Below the pieces are notes generated by a model, which ran no database searches, was not told the origin of the DNA, and worked only from the letters and a program-made list of their open reading frames with translations. This document shows positions 54,468 to 63,285 of a stretch of 64,000 nt of DNA, in pieces. How positions within the stretch are numbered: the stretch's first letter is position 1; each line of letters starts with the position of its first letter. Made by a program: the position numbers and the translations under genes. The DNA comes from an uncultured Acidobacteriaceae bacterium (lineage in GTDB: Bacteria > Acidobacteriota > Terriglobia > Terriglobales > Acidobacteriaceae). The DNA is taken from NCBI GenBank assembly GCA_963770525.1, contig CAVYPY010000003.1, forward strand, positions 445,129-509,128, in the 5' to 3' direction.

Positions 54468-54538
54468 CAATCTACGCGATCCGGCACAGTGGGCGCAAGA
54501 GAAACAGCCTCGGCAGCACACAACTGCCGGCAGCCAGT

Positions 54539-55816
54539 TCAGCCGGCGGAAGCCGGCGCCTTTTCCTGCTGCAGCATCTGGCGGATGCCGCGCAGGGCCT
54601 GGCGGGTGCGCTCCTCGTTTTCGATCAGGGCGAAGCGAACGTGGCCGTCTCCGTACTCGCCAAAGCCGATGCCGGGACTGACGGCGACCTTCGCTTCCTG
54701 CAGCATGAGTTTGGAGAACTCGAGGGATCCCATGGAGCGCCATTGCTCCGGGATGGGCGCCCAGACGAACATGGTGGCGCGCGGCAAGGGGACGTCCCAG
54801 CCCAGCTTGTTCAGACCGCTGACCAGGCAGTCGCGGCGACGCTGATAGATGTCGCGGATTTCGCCAACGCAGTCCTGCGGACCTTCGAGAGCAAGGATGG
54901 CCGCCACCTGAATGGGCGTGAAGGTGCCGTAGTCGAAGTAGCTCTTGAGACGGGCGAGCGCGGAGACCAGCTCGGGATTGCCCACCATAAAACCCACTCG
55001 CCAGCCGGGCATGTTGTAGCTCTTCGACAGCGTGAAGAACTCAACGGCGATGTCTTTGGCGCCGGGGACTTCGAGGATGGAGGGAGCGCGGTAGCCGTCG
55101 AAAACGATATCGGCGTAGGCGAGATCGTGGACGATCCAGATGTTGTGCTGGCGACAGAGAGCGACGACCCGCTCGAAAAAAGCCAGGTCGACGCACTGGG
55201 TCGTCGGGTTGGCGGGGAAGTTGAGGATGAGCATCTTCGGACGCGGGACCATGAGCGGGATCACCTGTTCCAGCTCGGCGAGGAAGTTGTCCGCGCTGTG
55301 AATGGGGACGCTGTGAATGGTGGCGCCGGCGATCACCGGCCCGTAGATGTGGATGGGGTAGCTGGGATTGGGCACGAGAACCACGTCGCCCTGATCGAGA
55401 GTGGCCAGACAGAGATGGGCAATGCCTTCCTTGGAACCAATGGTAACGATGGATTCCGTTTCGGGATCGAGGGTGATGCCGTAACGGGAGGCATACCACT
55501 TCGTAATGGCACGACGGAGTCGCGGGATGCCTTTGGAGATGGAGTAGCGATGGGTTTCGGGGCGGCGCGCCGCCTCGATCATCTTGTCCACGATATGGCG
55601 AGGAGTGGCGCCGTCGGGATTGCCCATGCCGAAGTCGATGATGTCCTCGCCACGGCGACGGGCAGCGGCTTTGAGCTCGCCGGTAATGTTGAAGACGTAG
55701 GCGGGCAGGCGGCGAATACGCGGGAATTCGTGCACGGCGTCCTCGTGGAGAATTGTTTTGGCTAAAGGTGCAGAAGTTGCGGCCGGCGGTGGCAGCTCGA
55801 CCCCATCTTTCACCAC
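54539..55816 (-). CDS. Class I/II PLP-dependent aminotransferase (AlaC/AspC-like)
   Basis: Motifs: [40 protein letters not shown] (PLP Lys). Confidence 0.85.
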   Translation of the reverse strand: MVKDGVELPPPAATSAPLAKTILHEDAVHEFPRIRRLPAYVFNITGELKAAARRRGEDIIDFGMGNPDGATPRHIVDKMIEAARRPETHRYSISKGIPRLRRAITKWYASRYGITLDPETESIVTIGSKEGIAHLCLATLDQGDVVLVPNPSYPIHIYGPVIAGATIHSVPIHSADNFLAELEQVIPLMVPRPKMLILNFPANPTTQCVDLAFFERVVALCRQHNIWIVHDLAYADIVFDGYRAPSILEVPGAKDIAVEFFTLSKSYNMPGWRVGFMVGNPELVSALARLKSYFDYGTFTPIQVAAILALEGPQDCVGEIRDIYQRRRDCLVSGLNKLGWDVPLPRATMFVWAPIPEQWRSMGSLEFSKLMLQEAKVAVSPGIGFGEYGDGHVRFALIENEERTRQALRGIRQMLQQEKAPASAG

Positions 55817-55848
55817 ATCTTAACGAGGTCCGATGAAGAGCGGGCATC

Positions 55849-56454
55849 TCAGAGAAGGTTCGCACCACTTTCGTCATGTATGGCCTGAAGGAATTGCTGC
55901 AGGATTGCAATTCGGGACGCTGCCAGCCGGCGGGCGCTCTCGAGGCGGAGTTTGCCCGGCAGATCCTCGACATTGCGTCGCAGAACGGCGACCGCATCGG
56001 TAAAGCGAGGAAAACGGGTATCGCGGCCGACTTTGCTGACCGCGCGCAGAATGCCAATGGCGCCGAGCTGCTCGAGGATGTCGGCGTCGCGGAGGATGGT
56101 GGCCTCGATCGTCTGCGGCTCGTCGCCGGGCTGATGTTGCCGGAAGCAGGTGAGGACGCCGGGGATTTTCCCTTCGGGGAACTCCATTTGGCGGAGGATG
56201 CCGGGGACATGGGAACAGGCGTAAGCCACGTGATCCCAATGGGCGAGTTCTTCCGGATTATCGGGGCGATGACCGACAAAGACGCCGAGATCGTGCAACC
56301 AGGCAGCGGCAGCGACAATTTCGCAGTCATGGGGGATGTCGGCGCCGATCAGCCGGGTCAATTCGATCAGCCGGGGCTGATGCCCGAATTTATCCACAGG
56401 GCGGGCCTGGGTTTCGACGAAATGGGCCAGCCGATCAAGGACAGGGGAACTCAT
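55849..56454 (-). CDS. HD-domain phosphohydrolase
   Basis: Motifs: AAWLHDLG ... RDADILEQLGAIG. Confidence 0.75.
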   Translation of the reverse strand: MSSPVLDRLAHFVETQARPVDKFGHQPRLIELTRLIGADIPHDCEIVAAAAWLHDLGVFVGHRPDNPEELAHWDHVAYACSHVPGILRQMEFPEGKIPGVLTCFRQHQPGDEPQTIEATILRDADILEQLGAIGILRAVSKVGRDTRFPRFTDAVAVLRRNVEDLPGKLRLESARRLAASRIAILQQFLQAIHDESGANLL

Positions 56455-56876
56455 GATACCTTTGTAATCTTCCGCAAGCCATTTTGCAGGGGCAGAATAC
56501 CGGGGGATGCAGAGGCTTCTCTCTTTTGGTTATCGGTTTGTGACATTTTTCTCTGGAAAGAGTTCACGCACTACTTTATTTTGCTACTGCCGCGGTTCGC
56601 GGAGGTGGCAGGAACCTCCGAAAACGGCAAAGTTGTTGTATCGTGCTTAAAAGACCAAAAATCCTTAGTCGTCGGGGCCGATTTGTTTTCCGCGGAGTTG
56701 CACAGAAGTTTGGATTCGCCGGAAATTCCGTCGCCAGGAAGAAACTGTAGCCGCTCTTGAATGCTGCAATCGTTAGCAGGAGACGGATTTCCAGACCGGG
56801 CCGAGACAGAAACGGCACAATCAACCCGCAGCCGAAGACCTGACCGGGCCGGATAAGGCCGGCCAACCAGAAGGAT

Positions 56877-58394
56877 ATGGCGACCTCAGAGTATCTGCGG
56901 AACCGACAGGACAGAGACCGACCTCAGGGTCCGGTGCTGCAACTGCCAGCCAGCCCACGGCGATCGGGGATTGGACCCTCGACCGTAGCCTCTGCGCTGG
57001 TGATGCTCAACGATGTTTTGGCGATCGTGGTGGCGTTTGGCCTGGCTGTCCTGCTGCGGATGCTCGTGACAAGGTGGGATCTGATTCCCGGAGCCGGCCT
57101 GGGATCGGTGCCGAACACGCCGCTGGACCTGTTCTATCTCGGATGGTTCCTGCTGGCGTATGTGCTGGTGGCGCGACGCTACGGGCTGTACGCCACCATT
57201 CCGTCAGGAACCGGAATGCACGAGCTGCGCCTGGTATTGCAGGGGTGCATGAACGCAGGGCTGTTGCTTTGCGGCGCGCTGTTCATGTTCCACGGTCTGG
57301 CAATCTCGCGCATTCTGGTGCTGCTTCTGGTGATAACCGCATCCCTGACGCTGTGCGTGCGCCGCTCGGTGCGGCGGTATGCGTTGTACCGGCAATTCGC
57401 GCAGGGGATCGAGCTGCGCAACATCCTGATCCTGGGAACGAATCAGCTCAGCTATGCGATGAGCCGGCATATCCGGATGCACAGCCGGCTGGGATACCGG
57501 TTCGCAGGATTCGTCGCTGCTCCGGGGTCGGCGGTCAGCCGGGAAATCGCCCCACAAGAGATTCTGGGCAGCACCGACAGGATGCGGCAGCTGGTGCGGC
57601 AGAATTTCATCGACGAAGTGGTGATCGCCGAATATTACCCTACAGAAAGTGCGATTCGGCTGGTGCAGGAGGCGCGGGAAATGGACGTGGATGTGCGCGC
57701 GATCTCCGGCTATTACAGCGATTTGTCAACGAATGCACCGGTGGAATTCCTGGGCATCTTTCCGCTATGCCCGCTGCACCGGCGCACACCGCGCATGATC
57801 GGGCTGCTCGGCAAGCGAGGCGTGGATATTCTTCTCTCTCTGGGGGCCCTGCTGGTCGCTGCGCCGCTGATGCTCCTCATTGCGCTGGCGGTGAAGCTGG
57901 AATCGCAGGGGCCGGTCTTCTATATTTCGGAGCGCATCGGCAAGCGGGGGCGGGTATTTCCCTGCTTTAAATTTCGCACCATGGTGAATGAAGCGGAAAA
58001 GATGAAGCAGGATCTGACCGCCCTGAACGAGAGGGACGGAGTCCTGTTCAAGGTGAAGAACGACCCGCGGGTGACGCGGCTGGGCAGGATCCTTCGGAAA
58101 TACAGCCTGGATGAGCTTCCGCAGTTCCTGAATGTGCTGCGCGGCGAGATGAGTATTGTGGGGCCGCGGCCGCCGATTGCCAGCGAGGTGGAGAAGTACG
58201 AACTGGAGCACATGCGCCGGCTCGAAGTGCTGCCTGGACTGACAGGCCTCTGGCAGGTGCAGGCCCGGCACGATCCCTCCTTCGCCAAGTACATCGCCCT
58301 GGATACGGCTTACGTGGAGAACTGGAGTTTCTGGCTCGATCTGCGCATCCTGGCGCAAACGGCCAATGTCGTCCTGCGCGGAACCGGTTCCTGA
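56877..58394 (+). CDS. Polyprenyl-phosphate glycosylphosphotransferase (exopolysaccharide priming sugar transferase, WbaP/EpsB-like)
   Basis: N-terminal TM helices. C-terminal Bac_transf motifs: KFRTM, DELPQFLNVLRGEMSIVGPRPP. Confidence 0.9.
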   Translation: MATSEYLRNRQDRDRPQGPVLQLPASPRRSGIGPSTVASALVMLNDVLAIVVAFGLAVLLRMLVTRWDLIPGAGLGSVPNTPLDLFYLGWFLLAYVLVARRYGLYATIPSGTGMHELRLVLQGCMNAGLLLCGALFMFHGLAISRILVLLLVITASLTLCVRRSVRRYALYRQFAQGIELRNILILGTNQLSYAMSRHIRMHSRLGYRFAGFVAAPGSAVSREIAPQEILGSTDRMRQLVRQNFIDEVVIAEYYPTESAIRLVQEAREMDVDVRAISGYYSDLSTNAPVEFLGIFPLCPLHRRTPRMIGLLGKRGVDILLSLGALLVAAPLMLLIALAVKLESQGPVFYISERIGKRGRVFPCFKFRTMVNEAEKMKQDLTALNERDGVLFKVKNDPRVTRLGRILRKYSLDELPQFLNVLRGEMSIVGPRPPIASEVEKYELEHMRRLEVLPGLTGLWQVQARHDPSFAKYIALDTAYVENWSFWLDLRILAQTANVVLRGTGS

Positions 58395-58560
58395 AGCTGG
58401 CGATTGCCGCCTCGGCTTGCGGCCAGATACCTCTTCCTGTTACAAGTTTTGCCGATAGGGTTGAGACTTTCCGCGAGCCCGGATCGTCCCTGTCGGCAGG
58501 CCGTCCCTTCGCTTCTTTCCCGGAAAATTTTCAAAGAATCAGTCTCTTCGGAGGTCAAAA

Positions 58561-60126
58561 TTGAGCCAGTTGCTGCGCAGATCCTGCGTTCTCATGCTGG
58601 GAACGCTGTTGGTTACAGGCACGATGCAATCGCTCCGCGCACAGGAGCAGCGGCGTCCGGAAGAACCGCACCCAGCCGACGCGAATAAGCAGGAACCGAT
58701 ACCGCCGGAAAAGAGCTCGGTCACGCAGCACGATCTGAATCTGGACGGCAAAACCCTGCACTATACGGCCACGGCCGGTACGCTGCTGATCCGGGATGGA
58801 GAAGACGACCATCCCTACGGCAGCATCTTCTACGTGGCTTATACGCTGGATGGAGCGGATGCGAGTTCGCGTCCGGTCACGTTCCTGTATAACGGCGGCC
58901 CGGGATCGGCGACTCTGTGGCTGCACATGGGCTCCTTTGGGCCGATGCGTATCGAAACGGCCAGCCCGGACGCGACCGGCCCGGCGCCCTACCATCTTGT
59001 TCCGAACCAGTACAGCCTGCTGGACAAATCGGACCTGGTCTTCATCGACGCTCCGCTGACCGGCTTCTCGAAGGCCGTGGGCAAGGGCACCGATAAGGAC
59101 TTTCGCGGCGTCGATCAGGACATCAAGGCGTTCGACAAGTTCATCGTTCGTTACATCACGGTGAACGATCGCTGGAATTCGCCGAAGTATCTGTTCGGCG
59201 AGTCGTATGGTACGCCTCGTTCGGCGGGCCTGTCGGATTCGCTGGAAGAGGACGGGGTTTACGTGAACGGTGTGGTGCTGCTGTCGTCGATCCTGAACTT
59301 CGCCGACGGCTCGCCGGGGCTGGACGAGGAATACATCGGAACACTGCCCTCGTATGCGGCGATTGCGTGGTACCACAACAAAGTGCAGGACAAGCCGGCG
59401 GACATCAAGACGTGGGTGGCCCAGGCGCGGACCTTTGCAGATGGAGAATTGGCCGCGGCTCTGCGGGCCGGCGACCAGATCTCACCCGAACAGCTGAACG
59501 AGGTGGCGACGAAGATGTCGCACTTTACCGGGCTGAGCGTGCAGTACCTGAAGGACGCCAACCTGCGCGTGAATCCGTCGCGGTTCCGCAAGGAGCTGAT
59601 GCGGGAGGACGGCGACATTCTGGGACGCTACGACGCGCGCTTTGAAGCAACGGACGTGGACAATGCAGGTGAGTTTCCTGGCTTCGACCCGTCAGATACA
59701 GGCATCACGGGTGCGTTTGTCGCGGCCTTCCACAACTACCTGGTGAACGACCTGAAGTACGAGACGACCGACACGTATCACACCCAGTCGATCTCCGAAG
59801 TGCCGTGGGACGAGCACCACCGTATGCCGGGGATGCGCTTCTTCGGCGGCGGGCGGAGCGGAGCGCCTTACCTGGCCGGCGACCTGGCAGATGCCATGCG
59901 GAAGGATCCGAAGATGAAGGTCTTTTCGGCCAACGGATACTTCGACCTGGCGACGCCGTTCCACATCACGGAGTACGACCTGTCGCAGGTGATGCTCTCG
60001 CCGGCGCTGGCGAAGAACATCGAGTTCGGCTACTACCCGTCCGGGCACATGGTGTATCTGAACGTGGAGGCGCTGAAGGAGTTCAAGCACGATCTGGCCG
60101 GCTTCTACACCGAAACCGGGCACTGA
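58561..60126 (+). CDS. Peptidase S10 (serine carboxypeptidase) with signal peptide
   Basis: Motifs: LYNGGPGSATLW, GESYGTPR (catalytic Ser), YPSGHMVY (His region). Confidence 0.8.
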   Translation: MSQLLRRSCVLMLGTLLVTGTMQSLRAQEQRRPEEPHPADANKQEPIPPEKSSVTQHDLNLDGKTLHYTATAGTLLIRDGEDDHPYGSIFYVAYTLDGADASSRPVTFLYNGGPGSATLWLHMGSFGPMRIETASPDATGPAPYHLVPNQYSLLDKSDLVFIDAPLTGFSKAVGKGTDKDFRGVDQDIKAFDKFIVRYITVNDRWNSPKYLFGESYGTPRSAGLSDSLEEDGVYVNGVVLLSSILNFADGSPGLDEEYIGTLPSYAAIAWYHNKVQDKPADIKTWVAQARTFADGELAAALRAGDQISPEQLNEVATKMSHFTGLSVQYLKDANLRVNPSRFRKELMREDGDILGRYDARFEATDVDNAGEFPGFDPSDTGITGAFVAAFHNYLVNDLKYETTDTYHTQSISEVPWDEHHRMPGMRFFGGGRSGAPYLAGDLADAMRKDPKMKVFSANGYFDLATPFHITEYDLSQVMLSPALAKNIEFGYYPSGHMVYLNVEALKEFKHDLAGFYTETGH

Positions 60127-60168
60127 GCGGGCGGTTGAGCGACGCGTTCAGCCTGAGCGCATTGCGTT

Positions 60169-60204
60169 CAAAAGGGAAGGGCGACTGCCCTTCCCTTTTT
60201 GTTT
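60169..60204. terminator. Bidirectional rho-independent terminator
   Basis: Sequence: CAAAA-GGGAAGGGC-GACT-GCCCTTCCC-TTTTTGTTT. Confidence 0.8.
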
Positions 60205-60217
60205 CTCCGCAAACAAG

Positions 60218-61012
60218 TCACACCTCGGCGCGCCGCAGGAACAACTGCGCAATCAGCGGGAGGAACGGAAGAACGGCGAGCCGCTCGAGGATGGCGGAGG
60301 CCAGGTCGGGCCGCAGAACGAGCGGAGAGCCGTGTTCGACAGAGGGATCAAGAAAGAGGTCGGGCAGACGTGGCATCCAGGCCGGACCGTATTGCGCAAC
60401 CTCATGAGTGAGGATGGCATAGACGATCAGGAATCCCAGACAGAAGAGCAGCCCGCGGGTGGAGTTGCGCAGCGCGACGGTACCGCAGTGGGTGACGCTG
60501 AAGATCAGCGCGAGGAAGACAAAGACGCAGAGCGTGGTAGCTGTCGCCAGCCCGGATGGAAAAACGGGCGCGAGCAGAAGCGGCGCGGCCGTCGAGTTCG
60601 GCGACTCGATGACGAAGTGGAAGATGTCCAGGCGCATCCCCAGCCACCACAGGCAATCGGCAAGCGCGAGCAGCAGTGCCAGTGCGGTCAGGCCGGAGGC
60701 CCACTCGGTCCAGACGAAACGTCCGCGGGGTGCGGGACGAGTCAGCATAAAGGAGCCCGCGCCATGGCCGAGATCGCGGCCAATGCCGACCGTGCCCATC
60801 GCCCAGGCGAGAAGGACAAACGCCATCTGGACGAAGGTAAGGCCAGCCACGAATTCCGGCATAACCCGCCCTGCATGGCTGGTGGTCGTGATGTGCGCTT
60901 CGGCAGAACCGCGCAGGTGGGCGTACACAATAACCGCAGCGACTATAGCGAGCCACGTGAGGCCAATCCAGACGAAGAGACGGAGATCACGCCAGCACTT
61001 CCACAGCATCAT
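60218..61012 (-). CDS. ABC-2-type transporter permease
   Basis: 264-aa polytopic membrane ORF immediately downstream of the ATPase, overlapping it. Confidence 0.6.
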   Translation of the reverse strand: MMLWKCWRDLRLFVWIGLTWLAIVAAVIVYAHLRGSAEAHITTTSHAGRVMPEFVAGLTFVQMAFVLLAWAMGTVGIGRDLGHGAGSFMLTRPAPRGRFVWTEWASGLTALALLLALADCLWWLGMRLDIFHFVIESPNSTAAPLLLAPVFPSGLATATTLCVFVFLALIFSVTHCGTVALRNSTRGLLFCLGFLIVYAILTHEVAQYGPAWMPRLPDLFLDPSVEHGSPLVLRPDLASAILERLAVLPFLPLIAQLFLRRAEV

Positions 61013-61886
61013 GGTTCTCCTTTCCGACCAGCTCGAGGAAGATTTCGGACAGGTTCATGGGAGAGGCATCGAGGATCACCGCGCCCTGGCGGCTGAGTCC
61101 GGAGGTAAATTCGGCCGCGCCGGAACGAAGGACGTACTCGCTGACGCCTCCGGTCTCGGCAACGGTGAGAATGGCCGGACCCTCTCGCGGCAGATCTCGG
61201 CCGGAAACGCGAAGCCGCGCATAGCTGCTGCGGATGTCGTCGAGCTGGGCCTCGAGCAGAAGGCGGCCTCGGTCGATGATGCCGACCCAGTCGGCGATCT
61301 TCTCCACCTCGGAAAGATGGTGCGAGGACATGAGGATGGTGCGGCCGGAGGCGGCGACATCGTCTACCAGGATGCGCAGCAGCTGATCGGTGATGACGGG
61401 GTCGAGTCCCAGGGTGGGCTCGTCGAGGATGAGCAGTTCCGCGCCCTGGGCCAGAGCGAGCAACAGGCAGAGCTTGGTGCGGCTGCCCTGGGAGAGCTTG
61501 CGGAACTTGCGGTCCATGGGGACTTCGAGAGCTTTGGTGTACTTGCTGACGAGTGCGTCGGACCAGCCAGGGAAGAAGCCGCGGTTGAAGCGAACGAGCT
61601 CGTTGCCGGTGAGGGAGGGGAGCAGTGTCTTCTCGATGACAAAGCCGGTGCGCGCGAGGAGGGCGACGCGGTCGCGCCGGGGATCGAGGCCGAGGACGGC
61701 GGCTTCGCCGGAAGCGGGACGGGCCAGGCCGGCAAGGACGCGAATGGCGGTGGTCTTCCCCGCTCCGTTGCGGCCGAGAAAACCGTAAATGGAGCCGCGC
61801 GGCACGCTGAGAGAGAGACCGTCGAGCGCGGCAATATTGCCGTAGTGCTTGAGCAGCGATCGCGTAAGGATGACGGGATCACTCAT
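60987..61886 (-). CDS. ABC transporter ATP-binding protein
   Basis: The ATG at 61886 (MSDPVILTRSLLKHYG) is the likely start. Motifs: Walker A GRNGAGKTT, signature LSQGSRTK, Walker B LLILDEPT. Confidence 0.9.
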   Translation of the reverse strand: MSDPVILTRSLLKHYGNIAALDGLSLSVPRGSIYGFLGRNGAGKTTAIRVLAGLARPASGEAAVLGLDPRRDRVALLARTGFVIEKTLLPSLTGNELVRFNRGFFPGWSDALVSKYTKALEVPMDRKFRKLSQGSRTKLCLLLALAQGAELLILDEPTLGLDPVITDQLLRILVDDVAASGRTILMSSHHLSEVEKIADWVGIIDRGRLLLEAQLDDIRSSYARLRVSGRDLPREGPAILTVAETGGVSEYVLRSGAAEFTSGLSRQGAVILDASPMNLSEIFLELVGKENHDAVEVLA

Positions 61887-62265
61887 GGCTGTCTCCGAGT
61901 TCCTGGAAGGATTGGTCAAGCAGGCGCAGGGCTTCTTCGCGGGAGAAGCGGAGCTGGCTGGCTTCCACCGCAAGCTGGGTAGCCAGCGGCCTGAGCCGGC
62001 GGACCTTTTCCGAGCGAAGCAGCCCCGGGGACTGCTGATTGACATAGCAGCCGCCACCGGGAACGGTGCGCAGGACTCCTTAGCCGAGATTCTGGAAGGC
62101 GCGGGCGACGGTGTTGGGATTCACGCGGAGCTCAGCGGCGAGCTTGCGTACCGAAGGGAGCGGGTCGTCGTGGCGGAGGACGCCGGCGGCGACGGCGTGG
62201 CGCACCTGGTTCTCAATCTGGAGATAGATGGGAACGCCGGAAGCGGGATGGACGCGAAAAAGCAT
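61879..62265 (-). pseudogene. GntR/YtrA-family transcriptional regulator interrupted by an in-frame TAA (62082..62080)
   Basis: The ATG at 62265 gives MLFRVHPASGVPIYLQIENQVRHAVAAGVLRHDDPLPSVRKLAAELRVNPNTVARAFQNLG, then a stop. The same frame continues GVLRTVPGGGCYV...LRLLDQSFQELGDSHE, and its TGA overlaps the ABC ATPase ATG (ATGAGTGA). Confidence 0.8.
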
Positions 62266-62304
62266 GGAGATCGGGGAGCGGGCACTCAGGGCTGCCTCGC
62301 CTTC

Positions 62305-62343
62305 ACTGTATTCATACAGTAGTACAGTTATGTGAATTGTCAA
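62305..62343 (-). promoter_or_regulatory. Candidate operator/promoter of the GntR-ABC operon
   Basis: Palindrome ACTGTATTCATACAGT (62305-62320), a third TACAGT half-site (62323-62328), and a TTGACA on the reverse strand (62343..62338). This AT-rich patch lies about 40-80 nt upstream of the ATG at 62265. Confidence 0.45.
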
Positions 62344-62486
62344 GAGTATTAATTTGGGAGCGGACGGAGAGCCGGTCTCCCGATTTGAACCCGCGCCCCT
62401 GGAAGTTTCTGACGAGGCTGATTGTGAAAAGCCATTCTTAACGATGATCCAGGTATCGGCTCCTTCGGCCGTTTGCGAGGTGCACA

Positions 62487-62867
62487 GTGCGCTGGCGCGG
62501 TATTTCCCCTCGGGCGTATTTCGAGCTTCTGCTGGTAGCCTCGTGGGCCGGGTTTGGGGTGTGGACGGTGTGGGGGCAGGCCACGCCGGATACGAGCCAG
62601 GAGGCGAAGAAGCCGTCAGCCGTTGTGGGGTACTACTCCCTGGTGACAACCGTGGTTGAGCCAACCGGAGAGGCGCACTGGCTGAATCCGGCGCCGACGA
62701 TCGCCGTTCAGGCAGGTTCGCAATATACGGCTGCAGAGACGGCGGGCAATCTCGATCGTTCCGGCCTCAGTGCGCGATTGAGGAGTTTGGGGTGCCGCGC
62801 TATGAATGCGCGGAGACGGCGGCGAAGCAGCACGGATGCGCGGCGCTGGATCAGACGGATGTCCTGA
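62487..62867 (+). CDS. Hypothetical secreted/membrane-anchored protein; only the part up to about 62790 looks genuine
   Basis: GTG start and hydrophobic N-terminus (YFELLLVASWAGFGVWTVW). Strong G/C third-position bias up to ...LSARLRSLG. The Arg-rich tail CRAMNARRRRRSSTDARRWIRRMS looks out of frame. Confidence 0.45.
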   Translation: MRWRGISPRAYFELLLVASWAGFGVWTVWGQATPDTSQEAKKPSAVVGYYSLVTTVVEPTGEAHWLNPAPTIAVQAGSQYTAAETAGNLDRSGLSARLRSLGCRAMNARRRRRSSTDARRWIRRMS

Positions 62868-63217
62868 TTCGGGACGCGAACACCGTGGGCTATCGCATTG
62901 TGACGCACGGGGCCGCTGTACAGCTGACCGTCAATCTGAAGGTACGCGACCTGTTGCCGGTTTCGCATGGGGGGCCAGCGACGGACTGGCATGCGGGCGA
63001 GGTGATTTTTGTTCCGCTGCCGAAGGCGACGGCCGCCTGCGCATTCGTCTCAGAGACGCTGGTCGGCACGTGGCAGGATGAAGCGATCGTTTTTGAAGTC
63101 GGCAAGCCTCTGCCGGCCGACGCAAAGAAGGGCCTGGAAGATTTGGGGCTCAAACAGGATCTGGGCGATCGCGTGCTGTACGCGTTTCGCGTAAAGGAGC
63201 CGGAAAAGAAGAAATAA
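62792..63217 (+). CDS. Hypothetical protein: either an independent gene or the continuation of the preceding ORF
   Basis: GTG at 62792, six nt after GAGGAG (62780-62785). Coding-like codon bias throughout. Lys-rich C-terminus. No family recognised. Confidence 0.55.
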   Translation: MPRYECAETAAKQHGCAALDQTDVLIRDANTVGYRIVTHGAAVQLTVNLKVRDLLPVSHGGPATDWHAGEVIFVPLPKATAACAFVSETLVGTWQDEAIVFEVGKPLPADAKKGLEDLGLKQDLGDRVLYAFRVKEPEKKK

Positions 63218-63285
63218 ACGGAGGGGGAGCCCCCGGTCCTGCCGGAAAGAAGAGACTCTCTTCCGCGCCGCGACAACGACTCAGC

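Noticed and set aside
51623-55765. + strand ORFs 51623..53821 (732 aa) and 53888..55765 (625 aa).
   Set aside because: They are antisense to the sugar operon and the aminotransferase gene. Their Gly/Asp/Ala/Val-rich 'mirror' composition marks them as artefacts.
56455-56876. c-di-GMP (GEMM-I) riboswitch, and the 96-aa - strand ORF 56576..56866, in the EPS leader region.
   Set aside because: Only an AACGGCAAAG fragment resembles GEMM-I, and the GGGACGCAAAGCC block is absent. The ORF has no start context, odd composition, and lies in a region of atypical GC.
60459-61982. 507-aa + strand ORF.
   Set aside because: It is antisense to the ABC permease and ATPase genes.
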